Part shown: positions 47,509 to 57,796 of the stretch, one piece after another | Position numbering within the stretch: the stretch's first letter is position 1 | Layout of the letters: each line of letters starts with the position of its first letter | NCBI GenBank assembly: GCA_018650285.1 | Contig: JABIGF010000001.1 | Span: 34,072-98,071, forward strand | Length of the DNA stretch: 64,000 bases | Direction of reading: 5' to 3' | Origin: Methanobacteriota archaeon | GTDB lineage: Archaea > Thermoplasmatota > Poseidoniia > Poseidoniales > Thalassarchaeaceae | The notes under the pieces: generated by a model | Seen by the model: the letters and a program-made list of their open reading frames with translations, nothing else | Told to the model about the DNA's origin: nothing | The model's database searches: none | Position numbers and translations under genes: made by a program

Positions 47509-50500
47509 TCAAACACCACCTGTGCGAGCCTCTGTGATAACACTACGATATGATATCGTGCCAAGCATTCCACAGGCAATAATTAGTGATGCAATTAGGG
47601 AAAAGAAAATCATTGCAGCGGAAAATGTGCCAAATAGAGAGAAGAATCCCATTGGTGAGAAAGAAATCACTAGGAATCCAAGAATATCAGATGCGGCTGA
47701 ACCAATCAAAGCGACTCCAGATGCGCCACCTACAGCAATGATACTTGTCAGAACAGTTTGGCGTTTTTCACGCTCTTCACGGAATCGTTCAATCACGTGA
47801 ATCACATAGTCGATTCCAACTCCAAGTGAAAGTGTTGCAATTGCTACAGTCACCATGTTTAATCCATAACCAAGTGTGGCAATTAATCCGTATAACCAAA
47901 TCACCACAAGCAATATTGGCGCAGTTGTAAGAAGTGACATGGCGAGTGAATCACCACCCCAAGCAAATGTTCCATATGCAGCGATGACGGCTATAGCCAA
48001 GGCAATTGTTGGCGATGCGATGAGCCCAGTTGTAACCCAAGCGATCATTCCTACTGCGAGTGGTGCGTAGAATAGTGAGAGGAATGACCAAGCAGAACCA
48101 CTTTCTAAATTGTGTGCAATCCGTTTTTTATTATCTTCACTAGTTGGCCTAAAGCCCCACCACAAAGTGATGATGCAGAAAAATACGCCAAGGGTTAGTG
48201 TTGCCTGCATTTCATTTTGCAAAGATGAGGCAGCGACATAGCGTGCCACAGGTGAACCAGTGGCTATTACCCATGTTACTGGATATTCTTCATTGGTGAA
48301 AGCGGATTCTAAGTCACCTTGTGTTTTCATATCGCCTTCCGTGAGATTTGCAAATGGCGACATATCGCGATAGAGTTCAGCAAGAGCTTGCTCTACAATA
48401 GGGAATTGTTCTGGCTGGCGCAATCCAAATCTGAGTAACATTCTCTCGTAACGAGGCGTGCTCCCATCTAAGGCAAGCATTGGATTTTGTGGGTCTAATG
48501 GCCTATCAGGAGCGATGTACAGAGCCATAATTGATGGTGGCAATTGAGGAGTTGAATTTGTTGCTGGGATTCCATAAACTGAAATAAATCCGACGAGGAA
48601 TCTCAAACACTCTTCATCATTAGTCATTGGTAATCCAATGTTTGAACGGTCACAACCAACCCCTCCTTCTGAATCAGTTGGGTCCCAGCCAGCATTCATG
48701 AATGGGGTGACATTGTTAATCATAGCAAGCATGGCGAGATTAACGAAATCATCGTATCCGCTGATATCTACAGTCCCGTCAGCAATAACTGTGAATTTAT
48801 TGGGGTCATCAGGGCCATGAATATTCATATTGGCTCTTGTTTCAGCAATTGCCAAGTATACACGTGGATTTATCACATCGCCTTCAATTAGAATTTCACC
48901 AGGTTCACCCTCTGAATAAAATCGTTCATTGACAAGAGATACTACGGTGGCGAAGTCAGACTTTTCATCAAAGAAGTCTTCTGTTTTGAAGTCACCTTCA
49001 AGCCCCATCATCAATGGTGTTGCATAGGCTGAAAGAATAAGCGCGGCAATAATGACGATTGGCCCAGCAATGGATGAAGTCTTTGCGACATTAGCAAGCC
49101 AATGACTTGGAACAAGGTGTATTTTTTCATCATCTTCTTCTAGAAGTTTACCGCGTTTTTCAAGCCATAAGTCGATGTCTAATCTAACTAATGGCGCCCA
49201 TAATCCGGTGAGAATAAATGCTGAACCTACGCCAAGTGCAGCCTCAATTCCAAATGAGCGAAGAGCCGGAATATCAGAGACGAGATTTGCAGAAAAAGCA
49301 GCCATCGTAGTCATTGATGTGAGCATTATTGCTCGGCCAACTCTAGTAAGTGAAATAGAGGCAGACTCCATTGGGACTAGGCCATTTTTCCGCTCTTCTT
49401 TGTAGCGGTGTAATACGTGTAGGCTGTCGTCAATTCCCAGTGCAAGAATCAAAATAGGCAGCAAATTTGAGAATTGACTTCTCTCAATTAATGGGTGATT
49501 AAGCATTAGGCTACCTTGACCGACCCATCCAATTAATCCGTACATCCAAACGAGGCTTAGCCCTAGTCCAGCAGAGACAATACCAACATCGGACCAACGC
49601 CGAAGGCTAGCCCATAATAGAAATGTCACAATAATTGCCATTCCAGCAAGTAGAGATGCGCTCTCTTGCAGTTCACGATTAACTTCAATGTTAATTCCCT
49701 CTGCAACAGCAATTGTTAGTGTAAGGTCATCATATTCTCGCATTGAATGTTCAACAGAGATAATTGACCATTCCCAAGAACAAGGTCCATCGTCAGAAGC
49801 AATAGAATTTGTACAGAATTCTGAATCTCGGGATGGTGGCGTAGTCACTAGGTGTAATCCATCCCACTCGTATCCTTGCTCGGCGCGGGCTTTAGTCCAT
49901 TCAAAGGTCCACCCCGCCTCTTCAGCAGCACCGCGGTCAATCTGTATCATCAACCAAGTTGAACTAGCAGACCAGCGGCCACGTTCCCATGTTGCATTTT
50001 TCCAACTTCCATCTGGGGATAGTTCACCGTTGACAGGGCCAACAATACCATCATCAGATGCGTGAAAGCCTCTGTCAAGAGAAAGCCATCTTAGGAATCT
50101 ACCACTGCTTCCTTCCACAATTCTTTGAGCGGCTAAATCAATGTGTGCTTGAGTTAGCCCCTCATCATCAAAAGTAAGGCACTCAAGTTCACCACAATCG
50201 GTCCAATTTGTGCTTGGTGGTAATGGCACTCCGTATGGGCTAATTGATGATTGGGTAAGTAGTGATTCTTGCGCCATGAATGAGCGTATTTGGTCTGTAA
50301 GGGTGAGTACCCCATTATACTGAACTTTGGTGACATCTGAAACAATTGGCCGGTAAAATTCTGAAATCGGGTCGGCTCTAGCTGCTGCTGCTTTATCATC
50401 AATTTCATGCAAAACGCTGAGGTTTAGGATCCCTCCAACAGGTGTTTCAACACCATTATAGTCGCCGTTATATGGCGCGATTTCGTCGGCATAAATATTG

Positions 50501-50757
50501 CTTGGATTTTGACCAACTAGCGATTGGTCACGAATTATTATTGCAAAACCAGTGACGATTTCGTTGGCAGGATATTCATTTTCAATAACATCGAGAGCGT
50601 CAAGTTCTGGAGAGTCAAGATTGTATGATTCCATGTCTATTGGAGTGAGCGCCCACATCACCCCTGGTAGCATTAGAATGGTGACGAAAATTATCAAAAT
50701 GTGGAACTTTTTTCGGTGTGGTACTAGCACCTCTGAGACCCGAGTGAAATCACGCAT
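47509..50757 (-). CDS. RND-superfamily exporter (MMPL/COG1033-like; 2 x 6 TM with two large extracytoplasmic domains)
   Basis: 1082 aa with two TM bundles separated by large soluble loops. The architecture is typical of archaeal predicted RND exporters. Confidence 0.6.
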   Translation of the reverse strand: MRDFTRVSEVLVPHRKKFHILIIFVTILMLPGVMWALTPIDMESYNLDSPELDALDVIENEYPANEIVTGFAIIIRDQSLVGQNPSNIYADEIAPYNGDYNGVETPVGGILNLSVLHEIDDKAAAARADPISEFYRPIVSDVTKVQYNGVLTLTDQIRSFMAQESLLTQSSISPYGVPLPPSTNWTDCGELECLTFDDEGLTQAHIDLAAQRIVEGSSGRFLRWLSLDRGFHASDDGIVGPVNGELSPDGSWKNATWERGRWSASSTWLMIQIDRGAAEEAGWTFEWTKARAEQGYEWDGLHLVTTPPSRDSEFCTNSIASDDGPCSWEWSIISVEHSMREYDDLTLTIAVAEGINIEVNRELQESASLLAGMAIIVTFLLWASLRRWSDVGIVSAGLGLSLVWMYGLIGWVGQGSLMLNHPLIERSQFSNLLPILILALGIDDSLHVLHRYKEERKNGLVPMESASISLTRVGRAIMLTSMTTMAAFSANLVSDIPALRSFGIEAALGVGSAFILTGLWAPLVRLDIDLWLEKRGKLLEEDDEKIHLVPSHWLANVAKTSSIAGPIVIIAALILSAYATPLMMGLEGDFKTEDFFDEKSDFATVVSLVNERFYSEGEPGEILIEGDVINPRVYLAIAETRANMNIHGPDDPNKFTVIADGTVDISGYDDFVNLAMLAMINNVTPFMNAGWDPTDSEGGVGCDRSNIGLPMTNDEECLRFLVGFISVYGIPATNSTPQLPPSIMALYIAPDRPLDPQNPMLALDGSTPRYERMLLRFGLRQPEQFPIVEQALAELYRDMSPFANLTEGDMKTQGDLESAFTNEEYPVTWVIATGSPVARYVAASSLQNEMQATLTLGVFFCIITLWWGFRPTSEDNKKRIAHNLESGSAWSFLSLFYAPLAVGMIAWVTTGLIASPTIALAIAVIAAYGTFAWGGDSLAMSLLTTAPILLVVIWLYGLIATLGYGLNMVTVAIATLSLGVGIDYVIHVIERFREEREKRQTVLTSIIAVGGASGVALIGSAASDILGFLVISFSPMGFFSLFGTFSAAMIFFSLIASLIIACGMLGTISYRSVITEARTGGV

Positions 50758-50944
50758 GTTCTCTTCCTCAAACCGCTTGGGCGGGGGTCCCCGTTTTCAA
50801 TCAACGCCTCTATTGATTTCCGATAATTCTTGAATAGTGTTATTTCTATGAATGGGTAAATCTGAATTGGCATAATGTATTCATCAAAATGTTGTTTTTT
50901 TGCTCTATTCAGTGGATAAAAAACATTGGAAGAATCCGACGCGC

Positions 50945-50952
50945 TTAATTAG
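50945..50952 (+). promoter_or_regulatory. TATA-like box (CTTAATTA) upstream of rpl21e
   Basis: AT-rich octamer about 50 nt upstream of the rpl21e ATG, followed by GGAGG at 8 nt from the ATG. Confidence 0.35.
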
Positions 50953-51001
50953 GGGCGGTAGGTCGCCGAGTTCCCCATAGGGGAACAATGGAGGCATAGC
51001 A

Positions 51002-51292
51002 ATGCGCCGAACACATGGAACACGTCAAGGAACTCGCACAATCGCAAGTCGTAGCAAGAGCGATCGTGGCCGTCTATTCATTAGGCGAGTCATGTATCCG
51101 TATGAAGACGGTGAAAAGGTTGCAATCGTTATTGACGGCGGGCAGCAGAAAGGTATGCCTCATCGCAGATTCCAGGGTAAGACCGGAACCATTACCGGAA
51201 AGCAAGGTCGTGCATACGTCATTGCTGTAAAAGATGGAAACATGGCCAAGACGGTAGTTGCACTACCAGAACACTTGCGCCCTTTAGAATGA
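51002..51292 (+). CDS. rpl21e: 50S ribosomal protein L21e
   Basis: The motif QQKGMPHRRFQGKTGTITG matches L21e (KGMP...HGKTG). The length of 96 aa is typical. Confidence 0.8.
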   Translation: MRRTHGTRQGTRTIASRSKSDRGRLFIRRVMYPYEDGEKVAIVIDGGQQKGMPHRRFQGKTGTITGKQGRAYVIAVKDGNMAKTVVALPEHLRPLE

Positions 51293-51293
51293 G

Positions 51294-51665
51294 GTGAATA
51301 TAATGGGAGAAAAAACATACATTGATTATGCAACTGTTAGAGATGCATTGCTACAGGCTCAAGAACGCCGTGGCGAGTTATCTTATGAGCAAAATATGGC
51401 ACTAAACCACGCAATGTGGGCTGCTAGTGACGCTCGTAACGGTATTGAAACCGAAACAAAAGTATTCGATGATTTGTTGAAAGCTCTTACTGAAGTCGAT
51501 AAGTTGGCAGCAGCACCCGATATTGCAGCAAAAATCGCAGAAATTATTCCAGTGACAGGACAGGCTGTTAAGGCAATCCTTGCCTCAAAGAGAGTTGTTA
51601 TGGATGACTCTGAAATAGAGCACGTAGTAACTCTTGTACGCCAACATGTTGGCTATGAAGGATAA
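51294..51665 (+). CDS. rpoF: DNA-directed RNA polymerase subunit F (Rpb4 homolog), by conserved position
   Basis: A small helical protein (123 aa) immediately after rpl21e and before DUF655/ksgA, which is the conserved archaeal gene order. The sequence is compatible with the Rpb4/RpoF HRDC-like fold. Confidence 0.5.
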   Translation: MNIMGEKTYIDYATVRDALLQAQERRGELSYEQNMALNHAMWAASDARNGIETETKVFDDLLKALTEVDKLAAAPDIAAKIAEIIPVTGQAVKAILASKRVVMDDSEIEHVVTLVRQHVGYEG

Positions 51666-51720
51666 AGATGCTATTGTGCGGGACCTTATTTGATAGAACC
51701 CGTCTCGCCGAGTTGATAAC

Positions 51721-52311
51721 ATGCAGGGAGATAGACCAAGAGATGGCCGCGGCGGTGATGAGCCGGACTGGTCAAATGAGACACATTGTCGCGTTCTTTC
51801 ACAAGAAGGAAGTGGTAGTGGCGGTGGTGTAATTCACTGCATTACTGAGAAACATCTTCATCTAATCAAAGTAAGAGCAAATCCTGGTTGTGGAATTCTT
51901 GCACCGAGTCAAAAATTAGAGTTGCCGATTGAGGGTGAGAGTGAGAAAATTTCTATTGTGCTAGGAAAAGGCCGTCACAAAGAACTTCCTAATACCGCGC
52001 AAATGGTGCTTCTTGATGTCATCAAAGACATCCTTACTGAAAATCCAAAGCCAAGTTTGACTTTTTACAATCGCGCGGGACCAGTTTCTTTGAAGTTCCA
52101 CGCTTTCCAATTACTACCCGGTATTGGGGTTAAAAAGGCAAAAAAGATGATGCAAAGTCGAACAAGCATGGGTTGGTTTTCATTTGAAGAAGTTGATGAA
52201 GCGTGTGAAATTGATTCATTACAACTTATTTCAGAGAGATTGGTTGAAGAATTGGAAGACCCAAAGATAGTGCCCAGTCTCATACAAAATGTGGTGCGCG
52301 TAGCGGAATAG
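51721..52311 (+). CDS. DUF655-family HhH RNA/DNA-binding protein
   Basis: HhH motif LLPGIGVKKAKKM. The conserved position is between rpoF and ksgA. Confidence 0.55.
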   Translation: MQGDRPRDGRGGDEPDWSNETHCRVLSQEGSGSGGGVIHCITEKHLHLIKVRANPGCGILAPSQKLELPIEGESEKISIVLGKGRHKELPNTAQMVLLDVIKDILTENPKPSLTFYNRAGPVSLKFHAFQLLPGIGVKKAKKMMQSRTSMGWFSFEEVDEACEIDSLQLISERLVEELEDPKIVPSLIQNVVRVAE

Positions 52312-52318
52312 TGGAAAC

Positions 52319-53269
52319 ATGTCGGGTGGCGAGCCGGACGCAGAGGTCGTGCATGAGTTAGTTGACCTATTACTTGACCATGGTCGGGCTGACAAAGAGT
52401 TAGGACAACATTTCTTGATAAATGCTAAGACGCTCAAAAAAACCGTGCAATTATCACAAGTGGATAGTACCTCTCATGTTCTTGAAGTGGGCCCAGGCCC
52501 AGGTACATTGACTCATTTTTTGCTAGAAACAGGGGCACAAGTGACGGCAATTGAAATTGATGAAAGAGCAATTGCTCACCTACATCGTGTTCATGGTGAA
52601 GCGATAGAAAGTGGACAACTTAATTTGATTGAAGGCGATGCTTTGAGGGTTGCATGGCCTGATGATTTGACGGCAGTTGTTTCTAACCCGCCTTATCAGA
52701 TTTCAAGTCCGTTAATAGCAAAAATAGATCATTGGCAAGAGAATGCTAGAAGAGATGGAAGGGGTAGAATTTCAGCTGTAATTTTGTTATTACAAGACGA
52801 ATTTGCAAGCCGTTTGGCAATGGAATTTGGCTTGGCATCTCGTGGCCCATTAGGAATTAATACTGCATTGAATTGGCAGGTAGAATTAGAGATGAAAGTC
52901 CCTCCACATTTCTTTTCCCCACATCCTGAAGTGAATAGTAGAGTAGTGAGCATGTTCCCTCATGATTTGGGCGAAGAACTCGAAATAGTTGTTGAGTCAC
53001 GACTAGTTAAGAGAATGGTAGACCATGCCTTTGCTGAAAGGCGGAAAAAATTGAGGAACAGACTCAAAGGGATTCCAAGAAAGATAGAGAGGGTGCCAAA
53101 CTGGAATAGAAAGCGGTGGCAAGCCTCAACAAAAATCCTCCTTTCTGATGAAAATAACGATATTTTAGAACTGGGTTGGCAAGATTTCCGCCCAGAAGAT
53201 TTAGAAGTTGAAGAGTGGCTTATTTTGGCTGAAAAACTAGAGCAGATCAATGAAGAACTCGGCGAATAA
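52319..53269 (+). CDS. ksgA: 16S rRNA (adenine1518/1519-N6)-dimethyltransferase KsgA/Dim1, with an acidic C-terminal extension
   Basis: SAM-binding motif VLEVGPGPGTLT and catalytic motif SNPPYQISSP. Confidence 0.85.
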   Translation: MSGGEPDAEVVHELVDLLLDHGRADKELGQHFLINAKTLKKTVQLSQVDSTSHVLEVGPGPGTLTHFLLETGAQVTAIEIDERAIAHLHRVHGEAIESGQLNLIEGDALRVAWPDDLTAVVSNPPYQISSPLIAKIDHWQENARRDGRGRISAVILLLQDEFASRLAMEFGLASRGPLGINTALNWQVELEMKVPPHFFSPHPEVNSRVVSMFPHDLGEELEIVVESRLVKRMVDHAFAERRKKLRNRLKGIPRKIERVPNWNRKRWQASTKILLSDENNDILELGWQDFRPEDLEVEEWLILAEKLEQINEELGE

Positions 53270-53347
53270 TTGGCTTAGCAGTTTTTATTGAAAAACGGCG
53301 GGTTCAAAGCAGACCCGTGGCTCCGAAGGTGCCGGAGGGGATGCCAC

Positions 53348-54436
53348 ATGGCAAAGAAGGACACCTATCTAGCATTACTGAGAAGAGGGGTTGACGAGGT
53401 TACAGCCCAAACTTTGGCAGATGCGGGATTGACAATTGGTAAACTCAAAGACATCACAGAAGAGCAATTAGTTGGGAACTATGGCTTGAAGAAAAAGATT
53501 GCAGATTCTGTAATTGAAGTCATCAAATCTGGCCCTAGTGGTGCCGGCTCTGAGAAGTATCTCTCAAAGGTACTTTCTACACCTAAAAAACTTGACCGAA
53601 TCGACAAGCAACGTCTGCGCCGACAGCAGAAGGATTACTTGGCTGAGATTATTGAGCAGAAGGAAAGAATCCGGGAAGCTAAAGTTGAGGCTTTTAGGAG
53701 CAAAAAACTGGTAATGATTCGCCTTGGAAAAAGCATTGAACTCATCTGTAAATTGGAGAACAATTTAGATGAAGAGGGTAAAAATGAGATGCGCTCAAAA
53801 ATCAATGACCAACTTGAGACAAGAGGTCTAGAAGCAGCGCGTGACCACGAACTTCTTGATTTGGCTGGCACACCACAAGATATTGCAGATTTCCGACGTA
53901 AGATAGTTCCAGTTCTTTGCCTCTATGCTTGCCCAGAGTGTGGTGAAGAGATTGACCCTGTTGGCGGCAATATCAATCAGGATGACCCAGAAGGTTGGAG
54001 TTACATTTGTTGGGATTGTGAGACGCCGTTTAGCGCTCCAATGGTAGACCGTGTTGAAACATTCTTGAGTAATGGCAAGCACATTACGATTGATGATAAT
54101 AAAGGTCCAAGAATACCCATGGCTTTCAAGCCGAAAGAAAAGAAAACAGGCACCGTCGATGATTTATTGCGGGCTGACCCTGAGATGACTGGTGTTGAAG
54201 CAGAGTTGCTTGAAGCAGCAGTAACTGAGAGTAAGTTGACAGGTGGATTGATGGACATCAATGATTGGATTGACCAGACGCTTGCGGCTAAAGGATACAT
54301 TCAGGCTCAAGAAGATCGTGAAGATTTCATTGTCGCTACTGGAGCCGGTGCAACTAAATTCAACAAGTGGATGAAGAAGGCCGGCCTTGTATTCAACAAG
54401 CAAACAGGCCGTTGGACTCGTTGGTCAGACCGTTAA
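53348..54436 (+). CDS. HhH-containing protein with an internal Zn-ribbon (hypothetical nucleic-acid-binding protein)
   Basis: N-terminal HhH (GNYGLKKKIADSVI) and CPECGEEx...CWDCE. GGAGGGG lies upstream of the ATG at 53348. Confidence 0.35.
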   Translation: MAKKDTYLALLRRGVDEVTAQTLADAGLTIGKLKDITEEQLVGNYGLKKKIADSVIEVIKSGPSGAGSEKYLSKVLSTPKKLDRIDKQRLRRQQKDYLAEIIEQKERIREAKVEAFRSKKLVMIRLGKSIELICKLENNLDEEGKNEMRSKINDQLETRGLEAARDHELLDLAGTPQDIADFRRKIVPVLCLYACPECGEEIDPVGGNINQDDPEGWSYICWDCETPFSAPMVDRVETFLSNGKHITIDDNKGPRIPMAFKPKEKKTGTVDDLLRADPEMTGVEAELLEAAVTESKLTGGLMDINDWIDQTLAAKGYIQAQEDREDFIVATGAGATKFNKWMKKAGLVFNKQTGRWTRWSDR

Positions 54437-54504
54437 ACTTCTGAGCGTAGCACAACGCTGCTCTGCTAGGGTAAGAAGAAGAACCTAATGCCAATAGTGA
54501 AACC

Positions 54505-54747
54505 ATGGGTGTAATACAGAAGTGGTTTGGATTCAACGGATGGAAAGCCCTATCCACAAGCGGGCGAGTAGGGGCAACAATTCTCTATCGTGTTTTGTTT
54601 GTAGCAGGTTTAGCTGCAGCCATAATCGCTTACTCTTACATTTCAGGAAGTGAAGACCCATCAATCATTTGGATTGCAGTTGTTGGATTTATTTGGTTCC
54701 TAATGTTTCAATTTTTCATTAATCTGATATTTGTAAACAGTTCTTAA
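54505..54747 (+). CDS. small two-TM membrane protein
   Basis: Two hydrophobic helices. Confidence 0.3.
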   Translation: MGVIQKWFGFNGWKALSTSGRVGATILYRVLFVAGLAAAIIAYSYISGSEDPSIIWIAVVGFIWFLMFQFFINLIFVNSS

Positions 54748-54780
54748 TCAGTAAATACAAATGCAGAAGGGGGGAAGAAA

Positions 54781-55140
54781 ATGGACAAAATTAATTTAAA
54801 GAATAAATTATCAATGTTTTCTGAACATTGGTCGCCAAAAATAATTGCGGAAATGAATGATTATCAATTTAAATTGGTTAAGATTCAAGGTGAATTTGTA
54901 TGGCATAACCATGAGGATACTGATGAAACATTTATCGTTATTGAAGGCAAGATGAAAATTGAATTTGAGGATAAGACCGTAGAATTGAATGAAGGTGAAA
55001 TGTATGTGGTACCCAAGGGAGTTAACCACAAACCGTTTGCTGAAGAAGAATGCAAAATTATGATTATTGAGCCAAGCGGAGTTGTAAATACAGGTGGCAC
55101 AGAAAGTGAATTAACAGCCTCTAATGATGTTTGGATATAG
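54781..55140 (+). CDS. cupin-domain protein
   Basis: Cupin-like motifs ([27 protein letters not shown]). Confidence 0.45.
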   Translation: MDKINLKNKLSMFSEHWSPKIIAEMNDYQFKLVKIQGEFVWHNHEDTDETFIVIEGKMKIEFEDKTVELNEGEMYVVPKGVNHKPFAEEECKIMIIEPSGVVNTGGTESELTASNDVWI

Positions 55141-55259
55141 GGGCATGTACCGTTGTACAGGACTGCAGTAGGATTGGTCTTACCTTGTAACAATGTGGTT
55201 AGGAATTCGCAGATTAGGGCAACCTAATCCTTATAGGTAGAACGAATTACGGCCGGTTT

Positions 55260-56126
55260 ATGATTGAAGACATTTGGACCGGTGGTCTCATTGGATTTCG
55301 AGAAGCATTAGAAGCCACATTAATTGTGGTAATCTTCATGCTAATTTTGAAGAAATCTGAGCGTCCTGAACTGATAAATAGCATTTGGAAAGGTGTTGGA
55401 TTAGGGGTCATAGCGAGTATTGTCACAGCCCTAGTATTCCAATTCATTATTGGAGGATTTGCTGCAAATGAGGCGTGGTTTGAAGGTATCCTAATGTTGT
55501 TATCTGCGGTATTAATCGCCGTGGTAGTCTTCCATTTAATCAAACATCATTCTAGAGCTGAATTAGAAAAAGTGGCACAAGATGCAGTATCAGATATTGA
55601 TGGAGGGGCAAAAACACTCTCGGCTATTGCATTTCTTTCTGTGTGGAGAGAGGGTTCTGAAACAGTGGTGTTTATGTCAGCAGGAACCGAAACTATGTGG
55701 GCATTACTTGGATTATTGGTAGGTATTAGCGCTGCTGTATTCATTGGTTGGTTGATACACTCTAGAGGGGCGAAAGTAAATGTAAAGAAATTATTTACTT
55801 CTACCACATTGTTGTTGATTTTCGTAGGTGCTGGGTTGGCTGCTCATGGAGTTCATGAATTGCAGGCGGATAATGTGGGCTTAATCCCAGTATTTGATGA
55901 TGAATTATGGAATGTAAATCCCGATTGGGATGGCACAGGAGATGCTCCTGTATTACATGACAAGGGTTTGATTGGTGGGATGTTGAGAGCGACTATAGGG
56001 TGGAATGGCGATCCAACAATGCTTGAGTTCTTTACTTGGGTTGGTTATCTTGTGGCTATGGGATTTCTATACAAAAGAGATACCGATGCCCATTCACCAG
56101 CAGAAGAAACAGAGCCGTTGAATTGA
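55260..56126 (+). CDS. FTR1/EfeU-family high-affinity iron permease
   Basis: Two RExxE motifs (REALEAT and REGSETV) in TM helices 1 and 4, with 7 TM helices. Confidence 0.65.
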   Translation: MIEDIWTGGLIGFREALEATLIVVIFMLILKKSERPELINSIWKGVGLGVIASIVTALVFQFIIGGFAANEAWFEGILMLLSAVLIAVVVFHLIKHHSRAELEKVAQDAVSDIDGGAKTLSAIAFLSVWREGSETVVFMSAGTETMWALLGLLVGISAAVFIGWLIHSRGAKVNVKKLFTSTTLLLIFVGAGLAAHGVHELQADNVGLIPVFDDELWNVNPDWDGTGDAPVLHDKGLIGGMLRATIGWNGDPTMLEFFTWVGYLVAMGFLYKRDTDAHSPAEETEPLN

Positions 56127-56204
56127 CACAAAGGGTAGTTTGCATTTCAATATGATACGGTATTTTGGCACTATTATCAAGAGAGATAACCGATTGGCGG
56201 AAGC

Positions 56205-56492
56205 ATGGCGCTTCTCCGCTTCTTTCGAAATGGCGTCATAGTTGGTAGTGCAGAGAATCAAGAAGGAGTGCCAATATTAGATATTGCAGAAGATGCAGGA
56301 ATAGATATTCCAAGAGGTTGCAGTTCAGGAACATGTGGGACTTGTTTAATCAAATTATTATCCGGTTCTGTCCCAATGCCTGTTCCATTACCTCCTGGTT
56401 TAGATGATGATTTAGTTGCAGAAGGTTGTATCTTAGGTTGCATTGGAATTGCAGAAGGTGCTTGTGATATTGAAATCAACCCCCCATTATGA
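56205..56492 (+). CDS. 2Fe-2S ferredoxin-like protein
   Basis: Cys cluster GCSSGTCGTC (Cx4Cx2C) plus a downstream CILGC. Confidence 0.55.
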   Translation: MALLRFFRNGVIVGSAENQEGVPILDIAEDAGIDIPRGCSSGTCGTCLIKLLSGSVPMPVPLPPGLDDDLVAEGCILGCIGIAEGACDIEINPPL

Positions 56493-56501
56493 GGTGAAAA
56501 A

Positions 56502-56678
56502 ATGGATAAATTATTGGTGGGATTCATTCTATTTGACGTAATAGCATTATACTATATTTATCGATTTATGATAAATAAACTCAATTCTAAATTGGCTATT
56601 GTTGAAGAGCGCCAGCGGGCAAGATGGGCAAGAGACGAAGGTAAATTGAAAACGGCTTTTGCCACTGAAGAAGAGTGA
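56502..56678 (+). CDS. small (58 aa) single-TM protein, not in the ORF track
   Basis: ATG preceded by GAGGTGA. It encodes MDKLLVGFILFDVIALYYIYRFMINK...; it lies between the ferredoxin gene and corA. Confidence 0.3.
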   Translation: MDKLLVGFILFDVIALYYIYRFMINKLNSKLAIVEERQRARWARDEGKLKTAFATEEE

Positions 56679-56685
56679 AATTGCA

Positions 56686-57687
56686 TTATCGTTTGCCGAT
56701 ATATCCTTTCACATAGAACCACAATAGAATACCTACTCCAATAGCGCTCATGATTCCTAATATTGTCATCAAATCAAATGGGCCATTACCTGCCTCAAAT
56801 GCTTGAACATTCATGCCAAAAATGCTTGCAATAGCAGTAATTGGTAGCATTATTGTTGCAATTATTGTCAATAGGCGCATAACCTCTGCCGCTTCTGCTT
56901 GCGATTCAGCAAGTCTCATGGAGGTTTGAGAAATATAGGTGTCACGAGTTGAGGCTGCACCAGAACTGTAGTTTTCAACTCTAGTTACAATCGCACGAGT
57001 CAAATCTGCCAAGTCACGATAGTAGAGATTTGTGGCATCTGTTACAAACTCATCATTTGAGCGTAGCATTCCTCGCACAACTTCGTCAAGAGGTGTGGTG
57101 GATTTAGCAATCTCACGTAGGTCACCCTTCAATTCGTGCAGATCTTCAAGAAGATTAGGATGTTTTTGATTTGGGTCAAAGACTCGGTCTTCTAATTCGT
57201 CCAAACGTTCAGATTTGCGAATCAATATTTTTGTCCAATCGTCAGCAACCGAATCAAGAAGTTGATAGAGCAAATATTCTGCTTTCATCATTCCGTCTTT
57301 CATGAAATCTTTCGATTTTATACGCTTTCTAAACTCACCAATTCCTGGCATATGTGCATGACGTACTGTGATTAGCCAACCGTCGTGAAGGAATGAACGA
57401 AGATATTCGGTGTCTAGTTCGCGGTCAGCATCACGTGCTTTGAAAGTAGTAAATTTGTGGTCACCATAAACGAAATTTCTGCTTGCAGGCTCTTCAAAAC
57501 AGTCATCAACAGCAAGATGGTGAAACATCATTTTTCCTTGCAAGAATTCACGGGTCTCTTCCTCTTTAGGTTGGAAGATGTCAATCCATCCTCCATTGTT
57601 ATTTGACATGAATTTTGGTAGGTCTTGGAGAGTAGTGTCAAGCATCTCCGCATTAACTTCGCCAGTGTGGACTCTCACGCGGGTCAT
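56686..57687 (-). CDS. corA: Mg2+/Co2+ transporter CorA
   Basis: GMN motif (IFGMNVQAF) before two C-terminal TM helices. Confidence 0.8.
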   Translation of the reverse strand: MTRVRVHTGEVNAEMLDTTLQDLPKFMSNNNGGWIDIFQPKEEETREFLQGKMMFHHLAVDDCFEEPASRNFVYGDHKFTTFKARDADRELDTEYLRSFLHDGWLITVRHAHMPGIGEFRKRIKSKDFMKDGMMKAEYLLYQLLDSVADDWTKILIRKSERLDELEDRVFDPNQKHPNLLEDLHELKGDLREIAKSTTPLDEVVRGMLRSNDEFVTDATNLYYRDLADLTRAIVTRVENYSSGAASTRDTYISQTSMRLAESQAEAAEVMRLLTIIATIMLPITAIASIFGMNVQAFEAGNGPFDLMTILGIMSAIGVGILLWFYVKGYIGKR

Positions 57688-57796
57688 GCAGTTCCCTCAA
57701 ACTTGCGGGCTTTGCCTCTCTCTTTAACTGCGACGGGTCAAATATTGAGTGATAAATAACCCGATTTTTCGGCTAATTAATTGATATTGTCTGTAA

